From Octopus vulgaris (lineage: Eukaryota), in the NCBI GenBank assembly GCA_951406725.2, contig OX597827.1, positions 61,318,001 to 61,382,000 of the forward strand: a DNA stretch of 64,000 bases, written 5' to 3'. Both the position numbers and the translations under genes were made by a program. Shown here in pieces: positions 52,263 through 64,000 of the stretch. A model generated the notes under the pieces. The model worked only from the letters and a program-made list of their open reading frames with translations, did no database searches and was not told the origin of the DNA. Positions within the stretch are counted from its first letter, which is position 1; each line of letters opens with the position of its first letter.

Positions 52263-53349
52263 CATCATCATCATCATCACTGTTGCAAGGCGGTTTGCTG
52301 GCAGAATTGTTAGCACACTGGAAAAAATGCTTAGCAATATTTCATCCGTTGTTACATTCTGAGTTCAAATTCCGCCACAGGAGCCAGAGGAGGCTCGAAA
52401 CATCCATGATCGGTTGGTGCTTTCGTGCAACCAGTCAAAGCAGCGCTGGCATCGGCTACATTTAGATGGTAATTTTTACGTGCCACCGGCACAGGTATCA
52501 CAAGTACAATTTCCATTTGATTTTTATTTTGATGTTGATGTACTTGACTTAATAGGTCCCCTCAAGCACAGCAGGTCACCCTACGATCCAAGGTAAGCAC
52601 AGCAGGCCATCCTGCAAGCCATGAACTCACTTTATTTGTCGGCTCTTCACAGTCACAGCATATCTCCTGAGGTCTCGGTCTTTCGTCATTGTTTCTGTGA
52701 GGCCCAACTTTCAAAGGTCATGCTTGACCACCTCATCCCATGTCTTCCTGGGTCTACCTCTACCCCGAATTCCTTCAACTGTTTGGAAGTGGCACTTCTT
52801 CACATTCCTGCTGGCTTTGTACTAAAATTCAAAACCATTATCATCATCATCATCATCATTTTTATTGTCATTTCATTATTTTTATTTCATATTTTTGTTT
52901 CCATTATTAATTTTGTTATCTATTTTTGGTTTTGTTAAGCTAACATGAATTATACAATGCAGCAATATGTTACATCATAAATCTGTTTAAGCATTTAAAT
53001 TAAATTCCTTAGTGAATAGCAATTCTCAAATAGCTCAACTTCAAACACTTTGCTTCTCTACTCTAGAAGTAAATACACTATCAGCTCTAGTTCTCTCATA
53101 TCATGTGCAAGCTCTGCTTATGTGTTCCATGATGCACTTATATACCAGCAATCTGTAAGGGATAAACGAAACAACAAATACCCAGACAGTATCATTGCAC
53201 CAGTTGATAAGAGAGCTTTCAGTTATGAAAAGAAACATTATCAGTTTAATGTCCACAGTTCCATGCTTGCATGGGTTAGACAGAATTTGTTCAGACAAAT
53301 TTTCTACAGCCAGATGCCCTTCCTATCACCAATCCTCCCTTTTCCAGAT

Positions 53350-54005
53350 CCTTGAGAAAGCCTTTCCCTCACAGCATAGGTACTATAACATTTTCAACAG
53401 AAATACTATCAAGCTGTCCTACTCTGTCATGCCCAACATGGCTAGTATTATAGCTGTATTCAATGGGTTGAAACTTGCTAAGTATAATGCATAAACCCCA
53501 GTCTCCACCCTAAGAGAACATGCAAGGGGAAGAACTGTAATAGGAAGGAAGAACTTACTAGGAACTCTGTAAATTTGAGTGGATTGTGACTCAACACATG
53601 CATCCCACTATTCACTGTTACATAGAGGATGAATAATGAGCCTGTCTTCAAGACTCCTGTGGATTGTCCACTTGACAAAAAGTGCATACATACAAACATT
53701 GTATATAAAGGTGGAATGTTAATGCAAAATAGTAGAAAATTTTACATAGGTTCCACAGTTAACCCTATGAAACAAAGCATTTCTATACATAGGTACTCCT
53801 TCTCCAAACTTGGACTTACACACTCTACTTCACTCGTTGAATTTCTCCATAATTTCGACAGTTCTAAGAAACAGTCAGAGCTGGGACACATAAAGCCATT
53901 CTGGAAAGATAGGCATCCTTGCAGTTTACGTATGAAGGAGAGTTTGGTGATTGTATTAGTTAATAGTAAACATCTTCTCAATAAATGTCAGGCATGGCTG
54001 TAACA
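53350..54005 (+). mobile_element. Penelope-like element relic (post-RT linker + GIY-YIG endonuclease)
   Basis: LEKAFPSQHRYYNIFNRNTIKLSYSVMPNMASII, then CPLDKKCIHTNIVYK...FYIGST...HRYSF...CSLRMKE...LLNK, with stops and frameshifts. Confidence 0.8.
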
Positions 54006-54465
54006 ACAAACAAGATGATGACACATATCCGTCCAATATAAGTAATGTAAATAACTCCAAAGGCTTCTGTACACTTAATACATTTACATTAAACCCCTCC
54101 CTTCTATTTGAACACTTGTGTCTTGTATGCCGACACATGAACCCCTTTTTCATCCTATGCACTTATGTGCATGCCCCAGCTGTACTTGTGTTGGCATGTG
54201 TGATTTTTGTGGAGTGCCGAATTATAGCAGTACAAGGAACAATGAGATGTATGATGATGGATTATGTGGTGCATCCACAAAACCAAACTCTGTTCAGTCA
54301 AAATATGGCACAACACCTGGAACAATACAGACAAACACACACATACACACTTATAGACTCACGCACATACATGATTAGTATCTGACAAAATCATCTTCAT
54401 CAACACTACCATCACCACCACCACCACCACCATCATCAATATTATCATCGGCATCATCGTCATCG

Positions 54466-54503
<38 letters not shown>

Positions 54504-55519
54504 GTCATCATCATCATCATCATCATCATCCTCACTACCATTATTATACTTAACACTATAATCCTTATTCCTTTCATCGACACTATTCTCACCCCATCAC
54601 ATCATCACCAATCATCATCATTCCTGATCCATCATTACTACGAACCATCATCATCATCATCATCATCATTATCATTATCACCACAAACAGCATCATTATT
54701 AAGGTGGCGAGCTGGCAGAAACGTTAGCACGCAGGGCAAAATGCTTAGCGGTAGTTATTTCATCTGTCTTTACGTTCTGAGTTCAAGTTCCACCAAGGTC
54801 GACTTTCCCTTTCATCCTTTCGGGGTCAATAAATTAAGTACCAGTTGTGTACTGTAGTCAATCTAATCGACTGCCCCACCTCCCCCAAAATTTCAGGCAT
54901 TGCACCTAGAATAGAAAGTTAAACACCATCATTATCGTTGCCAACGTAAATATTCTCACAATAACCAGTATCATGATCATCAGCATGGTATATATTCATT
55001 ACACTCTATCACACTGTATTATGGTGCACTGCAGTTAAATATGGGTCAATCGATGTGTTTTGCTTTATTTTCATACTATATTCTACAAGTGCAGGCATGG
55101 CTGTGTGGTTAGGAAGTTTGCTTGTCAACCACAAGGCTTCAGGTTCAGTCCCACTGCATGGCACCTTGGGAAAGTGTCTTCTGCTATAGCCCTGTGCCGT
55201 AAATAGAAACTGGAAGGAGCTTGTGTGTGTTTTACTGTCTCGTTGCTTTGACATCATGTGATATCTGAAATATTACTTCATCTGCAAACAGGTGAGGGTT
55301 GAGGACAAGAAAGGCATCAGACCATAGAAAATCTGCCTCACCAAAATTTTTCCAGGAGTGGGTGTGTGGTAAGTAGCTTGCTTACGAACCACATGGTTCT
55401 AGGTTCAGTCCCACTACATGGGCAAATGTTTTCTACTATAGCCTCAGGCTGACCAAAGCCTTATGAGTGCATTTGGTAGACAGAAACTGAAAGAAGCCTG
55501 TCGTATATATGTATACATA

Positions 55520-55550
<31 letters not shown>

Positions 55551-56247
55551 CCCAACATTGCTTGACAACCAATGCTGGTGTGTTTACGTGCCTGTAACTC
55601 AGTGATTCGGCAAAAGAGGCCAATAGAATACGTACTAGGCTTACAAAGAATAAGTCCTTGGGTCGATTTGCTTGACTAAAGGCGGTGCTCCAGCATCGCC
55701 ACAGTCAAATGACTGAAACAAGTAAAAGAGTATTCACATTGGCTTAAAGTTCCAGACAGAAAGATTTACAACCTCTATCTTAAATATGTTGTACTCATCT
55801 CAGGTTTTCTAATACATGCAGTGTTGTGCCCGCATATCTGTTAATTATTTAATCAAGCTCATGCATGTGCCTATATGAATGATTACATTCTGAGCTTTGC
55901 ATGAAAAATAAAACCCACATTAATTGAGAAACATAATGGTTAATGTCAGGAAGAGCATCCAGCTGTTAAACAGCACCTCAATAATATGCTAGATTGGAAA
56001 AACATGAACATAAATAAGCAAACGAATAGGCATATATATATATATATATATATATATCATCATCATCATCATCGTTTAACGTCCGTTCTCCATTCTAGCA
56101 TGGGTTGGACAGTTTGACCAGGATCTGGGAAGCCAGAAGGCTGCACCAGGCTCCAGTCTTATCTGGCAATGTTTCTACAGCTGGATGCCCTTCCTAACGC
56201 CAACCACTCCGTGAGTGTAGTGGGTGCTTTTTACGTGCCACCGGCAC

Positions 56248-56296
<49 letters not shown>

Positions 56297-56302
<6 letters not shown>

Positions 56303-56747
56303 TAAATAAATGGAGTTGAATGCAGATGTTATTAAAATTCTTTTACTTTCGACATAAGTTTCGAAGACAACAAGAATTTTTAAAAAATACTTAATAACGT
56401 TCTGTTTATCATTTATGTAGCCATCATAATTGTTATAATGTCTTATTGTTGGTTGAGATAGGCTCTCTTTCTTTCCTGATGAGAAAATTGCATTTTAAAC
56501 CGTTTATTCCTTTGGAATAAAACCAATGTTGTCTTCGAAACATATGGCGAAAGTAAAAGAATTTTAATAACATCTGTGTTCAACTCCATTTATTTACTTA
56601 TACTACACAAATTACTGCACATTAACCCAGAGTTTCTACCTTTGAATAGGTCACTTCATCTGTGTTACTTGCGTGAATTTTGCTACCCTGGTAACTGTTT
56701 ATTGAATTTTCCATGTTAACGGTAAACAAAGGATAATTCATTCATCC

Positions 56748-56752
<5 letters not shown>
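56297..56752 (+). mobile_element. Fold-back, hammerhead-bearing, probably Penelope-derived non-autonomous element in (TA)n
   Basis: Arms ~56297-56372 and ~56527-56602 are inverted. The 3' part is homologous to 11580-11867 (..tttgctaccc.ggta....ggataattcattca..). (TA)n on both sides. Confidence 0.65.
56465..56560 (+). ncRNA. Degenerate hammerhead, homolog of the 11.6 kb copy (GTC changed to GGC)
   Basis: ctttc-CTGATGA at 56476-82 ... GTCTTC-GAAACATATGGC-gaaag. The inverted partial copy at 56341-56372 retains GTC on the minus strand. Confidence 0.65.
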
Positions 56753-56795
<43 letters not shown>

Positions 56796-57131
56796 AGACA
56801 ACCTTCGGTCATGACTGACCATGAGATTGCACCTAGAAAGTTACCCTCCCAGGCACAAGTGCAGGTAAAGTTGTTTTTATAGAAGACCAGCAGTCGCCCA
56901 TGCATACCGGTCTCCCTTCTCCATGCCACCAGTGTTATCCAAGGGAAAGGCAAAGGGGCCGATACAGCTTGGCACCTGTGACGTCGCAACTCATTTCTAC
57001 AGCTGAGTGGACTGAAGCAACATGAAATAAAGTGTCTTGCTCAAGAACACAACACGCAGTCTAGTCTGGGATTCAAACTCACAACCTCACAATCGTAAAC
57101 TCGACACTCTAAACCATTGAGCCATGCACCT

Positions 57132-57162
<31 letters not shown>

Positions 57163-57619
57163 GAGTGAAAAAGATAGATCTGTGTGTGTTTGAGTATATA
57201 GCTATAGAAATATATATATATATCTGTTTAATATTTATGTGTGTATGTGTGTATGTCATGTCATGTGTGTGTGTGTGTGGGGGGTAAGTCTTGTGAGAAG
57301 TACCGGCTACTTTTACAGGTGCAGATGTAGCATAAATTACTATATTATGTGCATCATACATTTATATATATGTAGATACATAGATAGGTAGACAGACAGA
57401 CATACAACATACATACATACATATACACACACATATACACACACGCACACATGTAGATGTATGGTCATAGTTCCTATCCACACACACACACCTATCTTCT
57501 CACAGCCACCCCATTGCTACCCATTACACACAAAACATGACTCAGCAACAAAAGACAAGAGAGACCACCTCTTGCTGCTCTTCTTTCTCTCCGTCTCCCC
57601 GCCTCATACTGCTTCTCCT

Positions 57620-57632
57620 TTCACCCTCTCTC

Positions 57633-57663
<31 letters not shown>

Positions 57664-57906
57664 CTTGTACTTTCCTTCAATTTGTCTTTCTACTATGCAT
57701 GAAGAAGATGAAAAAGAAGAAGAAGAAGAAGAAGAACAAGAAGAAGAACAAGAAGAACAAGAAGAAGAACAAGAAGGGGAGGAAGAGGAGGAGGAGATGA
57801 AGAAGAAGAAGAAGAAGAAGAAGAAGAAGAAGGAGGAGGAAGAAGAGGAGGAGGAGGAGGAGGAGGAGGAGGGGAGATGAAAAAAAGAAGAAGAAGGAGG
57901 TGGAGG

Positions 57907-57937
<31 letters not shown>

Positions 57938-58097
57938 GTGAAAGATGGTGGCTGCAATGGATGATGTCGACGGAGAAAGAAAGATGAAGAAGCAAAAGAT
58001 GAAGAAAACTATGACAATGACTATATGATGATGTAAAGGAAAGAGAGACAGAAAAGAAAGAACGAAATAACAAACCACATAAGAAACTCAAACTACC

Positions 58098-58170
<73 letters not shown>

Positions 58171-58520
58171 CCACCACTGCTGCTCTATTACTACATCTGT
58201 TACCATTAATATTACTAGTATTACCACAACTACCATCACCCCACCACTACCACTACCTGCCGGACCACAATTAGCATTACTAATACTACTACTAGTACAA
58301 CCGCAACAACGACAACAATTCTGAAAGATATCAGAAGATGAGAGTTGAGGGGTGCCGGGGAGTGGGGTGAGGAGAAGGAAATGCCATTAAAAGGAAAGAA
58401 GGAAGTGAAGAAGAAAGGGGGAAAAAAGGGAAAGAATAGAAGAGAAGAGAAAACAAAACTAAAAAAAAAAAACTACAAAAGCCTATATAAGCCCCAGACA
58501 GTTTAAGACAAAAGTGGTGG

Positions 58521-58551
<31 letters not shown>

Positions 58552-59800
58552 AATGGTGGTGGTGGTCATGGTGGCGACACAGCTGGTTGAGATGAAAATG
58601 GTGCTGTTATTGTTGCTGCTGCTGCTGGTGATGATGGTGATGATGACAATGATGGTGGTGGTGGTGGTGGCCATGGTGGTGGCCATGGTGGTGGCCATGG
58701 TGGTGGCCATGGTGTTAGTGGTGGTGATGACAGTGACAACACAGCTGGTTGGGATGACGCTAATGATACTGCTACTGATGATGACAATGATGATGATGGT
58801 GATGGTGATGGTGATGCCGTTGATGATGCTGATGATGATGACGACAAATGATTGGGGATTATAATGATGACAATAGTTATGATGATGACGCCGCTGCCGA
58901 CGCCGAAGGTTGGTGATGATAATGATCTTTATGATGACGGCAACAACAGCAACAAGAAGAATAACGGTGGTGGGGAAAGCTCGCGATGGTAGTGGTAGTG
59001 GTGGTGGTGACAAGTAACAGGTATTTTGATCTTCGTTATGATCGTGATAACAGCAACGCTGACTGATAACGATAATTATAATGACGACGGTTTGTGACGA
59101 CTGCATAGGTGATGATGGCCATGATGATGATGATGGCAATGACGACAATTAGCATTACTAATACTACTACTAGTACACACCCGAAAGTAACACTAACACA
59201 ACGTTAACAACAACAACAACAACAAACAGCACCACTGTCATCACCATCACCACCACCACCACTATAACAACACTACCATCATCATCATCATCCTCATCCT
59301 CATCATCATCATCATCATCATCATCAACAACAGCAACCACAATTGCACAATGCGCATCACATGATGACACTGTAAACTGCAACTGGCAAGCCATTGGTCA
59401 AACTTACATTACTAGATGATTTTTTTTTTTTTTTTTGTTGCAACAACTAACAACTTTCCCTGCTTGTTGTCATGGTGGCAAGAAAAAAAAAAAAGTCCCA
59501 TCCCATCCCACCATACCCACCCCTACCACCGCCATCGTCATCATCATCATCATCATCATCATCATCACCACCGCCGCCGCCGCTGCCGCCACCACCACCC
59601 AACCATTCTCCCACCTGCCACCCTGGCAAGTGCACAAGGCAAACAAACGAGCAAGCCAGCGAGGCAGACGACGGCAGCTGGTTGTACAGCTGACTGGTTA
59701 GTTGGTTGGTTGCGTTGCTTGGTTGCTTACCAATTGCTTACTGCCGTTGTTGTTGTTGTTGTTGTTGTCGTTGTTGCTATTATTTACTCCCAGGTCAACC
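57620..59800. repeat. Compound trinucleotide microsatellite field (GAA, GAG, ACT, AAT, GAT, GGT, CAA; (GGTGGCCATGGT)n)
   Basis: Directly visible. It explains the poly-E, poly-S, poly-M and poly-H ORFs. Confidence 0.9.
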
Positions 59801-62800
59801 CTGGTCGACAAGACCTGTGACCATCAAAAGCATTTCTAAACAATGAGCAACCTGTCTTTTTTTTTTTTTTGTTTTTCTGCTTAATTTAATTTAATCTTTA
59901 TAGGACATAGTCTATCTTGGACTAAAGTATCCTATGCATTATTTCCTTCCATTTTTTCTCTTTTTTTGTTTTTTTTCTTTTAGTAATTTTTAAGATAGCA
60001 CAATGCAAATAGGGTTGGTGGGTGGGTCGGGAGAAAGAAGACAAAATCTAGCTGCTATTTCTAGAATTGCGAGCGACTGCATAGACACACTTCTTCTGAC
60101 TCAACATTGCTGTAGATGTAGTCTTCAATGTCTTGCGGCCCTTGTGGCCAATAAAAGAAATCCTGATTATTGTTGTTGTAGTTGCCGCCGTTGCTTAACC
60201 CTAGATAAGCTCTAATCGAGATGATCTATGATCAAAGACATTCCAGCTGTGGCCATCCTGTCTTGTTTTCCCATCCACCCCACCTCTGTGCAAGAAACCC
60301 CGAATTACTGTATCCTACGTTTTTTTTTTTAATCTTTCCCAAAGACACTGGTGGGTGTGATTCAAAGAAGATCTGACTATTCTTTCTAGCATATCAAATC
60401 AACTACATAAAAGTACTCCTTCCTTCATCGATTCAATAAATTGTTGTAGTTGTTGTTGCTGTTGCTGTCACAAACCCATAGCTCTATCAACCACAGTAGC
60501 AGTGAATTTCGCTTTATTGTTTTGATGACAGAGATGGCGGTGGAGGAAAAAACATTACGTCATCGATGTTGCACCTTTCTTCCTCTTTTTTGCTTATCTT
60601 CTTTCTTTCCATTCTTTTCATCTCTCCCCCCTCTTTCTCTCCCTATCTCTCACTCTCTACCTATTTTCCTTTATTCTTTGATGATGATGATGATGATCTA
60701 TCTTCCTTTGCTTTTTTCTTTCTTTCTCTCTTCACTTATCATCATTCTAATGTTGTCACTCATTCATTTTTTCCTTCACTCTCTAGCTTCCTTCTCGTTA
60801 TTATCTTCTTCAGCTCAATACTATATTTCTTCTTCTACAATATATTTCTTCACCTTTTTTCTCTTACACTTCCTTTCTTTCCTTCAATATTGGTTTCTTC
60901 TTTTTCAGCCTTCATTCTTTTCCAATTTCCTTCCTTCCTTCCTTTTTTTCTGTACTTCTTCCCTTCCTTTCTTTCCCTGTTTTATATTCTTCATTCTTAG
61001 CAACTTTTCTTTCTGTTATTCACTTCATTCTCAAATTTTTATAATTTCATATCTTTTCTTTGTTCTTTACAATCCTTTTGTAATTCATTCTATTTTTTCT
61101 TTCAATTTTCCTTCTCTCAGTCTTGTACTACTTCCCTTTTTTTTTTTTGTACAGTTTTCTCTCCCACTCTCCTACATTCCCTTCTACCCCCATATCTAAA
61201 CATCTGGTGCTTTCCTCTCACACTTATATAACTGCCTCACTCCCTCCTAATACACTGACCGTATCATCTCTTGCTTCCTGAAGGTTTTGCTCAGGCACCC
61301 CATCACTACCATCTCATCTCTTTCACAGATACATCCACCCATTCTTATATAACTGCTGGGTAACCAATGTATCTTCTCTTATAGTAAGACACCTCTCTTT
61401 GTCCCTGGCATTAAAAAAAAATCAACTCTTTGCCCTCTCAAACATCCCACCATCACCATCACTCAGCCGGAGGGCCTTTCCTGTCCTGCAACTTATTTAG
61501 AACCCCCAACTAATGGGGTTAAAGTGCTGTAAAGTAGTTGGCATTAGGAAGGGCAGCTAGTTGTAGAAACCATGCCAAATCTGACATGGAGTGCAATGCA
61601 ACCTTGTGGCTCACTGGATCCTGTCAAACCGTCCAACCCATGCCAGCATGGAAAACAGACATTAAATGATGATGATGATGAGGAGGAGGAGGAGGAGGAG
61701 GATTTTTCTTTCTTTTCTGCTTTGTTTCAGTCATTTGCTCCTTTCTCCATTTTTCTACTCTTCCTTCCTCCATTTTATTTTCATTCCTTGCACAATTCTG
61801 ACTTTGCTTTCTTTCCTCATACATTTCCTTCATTTCTTGCCTCTTTCCTCCCTTTATTTTCCTTTAAAAATTCCTTACCTATTCTATACCATATGTATCC
61901 CCACTTTTAGAGTTTACTTATTTCTATTTTTATGCATAAATTTATAGATCTTCATGATATACTAATGTTACAATAATTATTTTGTTTATGTCAGTGATTA
62001 TATTCCATAGTTAAATTTATTTCAAGTGTAACACTAACATTTAAATATTCTGATTCTGTCTTGGATAGTATTCCATAGTTAAGGTTGTTTCAACTACAAG
62101 GCTCAAATTTGTTTCATAATGTTAAATATGTTACGTCTTTGATCATATTCCAGACTTACATTTGTTTAAAACATATTGTTTCATTGTGTCAAAGATCTCA
62201 ATAATATCTTGCATTTTGTTCTGTAGTTAAGGTTGTTTCAAGCACAACACTCTAGCAAACACATTCCCTGACAAAAAGAGCATTATAAATAATAATATTT
62301 ATAATTATAGATAATAATTATTTTGCACTCTCTCTATCACTAGAAATGCTGGATACAAAACATTATACAACAGGTGTAGATATAGCTGTGTGGTGAAGAA
62401 GTTTGCCTTCAAACCACATGGTTTCAGATTCAGTCTCACTGGGTTACACTTTGGATAAGGAGACACACACAACCCGAAGAAATGAATGCATGAATATGAT
62501 CCACCTCATGTCTATAGATATTATGGGCTGTACTGTAATCATCCCAGAAATACAAATTATGATCTGAAGAAACATGTGATTTGTGGAAACGTGCGTAGCG
62601 ATGCAGTAAAATATTTATAAATTCCATCTATGGATTACTATTATTACATTTGACCGCAGCCATGCTGGAGCACCACCTTTATAGTCGAGCAAATCGACCT
62701 CAGAACTTATTCTTTGTAAGCCTAGTACTTATTGTATCGGTCCCTTTTGCCGATCTGCTAAGTTACGGGGACATAAACACACCAGCATCGGTTGTCAAGC

Positions 62801-62866
62801 GATGCTGGGGGGACAAACAGACACACAAGCATATACACACACATATTTACACACACACACATATTT

Positions 62867-62897
<31 letters not shown>

Positions 62898-64000
62898 CAC
62901 GGTGGGCTTCTTCCAGTTTCCATCTATCAAATCCACTCACAAGGCTTTGGTCAGCCCGAGGCTATAGTAGAAGACACTTGCCCAAGGTGCCACGCAGTGG
63001 GACTGAACCCGGGACCATGTGGTTGGTAAGCAAGCTACTTACCACATAGCCTCTCCTGCGCCTGCATTTTTTTTTTTTTCAGTTACACCAATGATTCAAG
63101 CCACGTGGAAGCCTGTACATGATGGCTTGACATGGTAGAAATAACAACTAAATTTCCCTCAAATCACACTGCACTGTTTTAACTAAATACAGGATGGTCA
63201 TAGGGAGAACAGATTCATAGTGAGATCATGGATTTATTCAACCGAAGCTGACATGGGCAACTAAGCAGCGACAACAGCAACAACAACATAGTCATTTATT
63301 TATTTCAGAGCTTTGAATTCTTCCCCTCCACCAAAAAATTTAAAAAAATAAAATATAATAATAATAATAATAATAACAATAATAATAATAATAACTCCAC
63401 TTGGTGAATAAAAAAAAATTGCTAAAACACAGATATAATTTTGATGTAACTGGGTTGTTTGAAACAGATGGTTTTGTAGAGAAATGGCCCCAGTTTCATG
63501 CTCTCTTTCTTGTATTGAGTGAAGAAAACTAAACAGCAGAAATGAATAACAAAAATAGATTAGAAATGAATATATAAAAAAATAAGTACCATTTTTGGTT
63601 TAAGGTTGAAAGAGCTAAGCATGTAAAGAACTCTAGTGTAACCAACCGTTTACAGAGAAGCATCTGCTTTAAGATTTCTGGTAAAACCATTAGTTTGTTG
63701 GATCTTGTCTATGCTAGATTAATTTTGAGCAAACTGGAAGTAAGATGGAAAAAAAATAAATACCATCTTGGACCATTCTCTTATATGACAGAGACGCAAA
63801 TTATGAAATTTCTAAGCTGTAAATCTTGAACATTCACAAAATTTGTATTGATTCAGTTTGACTATCCAGGTGAATATTAAGCAAAAAGTATTTTTTGTTT
63901 TCTGGGTTTTTTTTACCTGGAATGTATGCAGAAATTTTTGACAAGAATTCATATAGGTGTAGGAGTGGCTGTGTGGTAAGTAGCTTGCTTACCAACCACA

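Noticed and set aside
57461-59820. Poly-E/K, poly-S, poly-M/V and poly-H ORFs
   Set aside because: They come from compound trinucleotide repeats, with no domain or convincing splice structure.
31112-64000. First coding exon (expected to end ...LG-G|gt) and promoter
   Set aside because: No matching donor-bearing segment was found by eye, so it probably lies beyond 64000.

Overview
AT-rich, microsatellite-saturated eukaryotic DNA. The SINE families, repeat density and intron sizes point to an octopus (coleoid cephalopod) genome; this is an inference. The window is almost entirely intronic. I find one protein-coding gene, on the minus strand: five small GT-AG exons (31109-31048, 24292-24236, 19339-19285, 13913-13822, 12477-12364) splice in frame into the N-terminal part of an extended-SDR NAD-dependent epimerase/dehydratase resembling Drosophila CG5854. 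Exon 1 and the 3' exons were not found and probably lie outside the window. Two in-frame microexon candidates (15 nt and 21 nt) follow the last exon. The introns hold three SINE families, mariner relics, TA- and TTAA-flanked MITEs, CR1, RTE, Tx1/L1-like and R4/Dong LINE 3' ends, a decayed Gypsy element and a Penelope GIY-YIG relic. The most notable unannotated signal is about a dozen sequence-diverse type I hammerhead ribozyme motifs (CUGANGA...GAAA, palindromic stem III, NUH). One at 11578-11676 folds completely. They sit in short non-coding elements usually next to (TA)n, often in fold-back (inverted) arrangements, and nearly all lie antisense to the host gene. All folds and alignments were done by eye.
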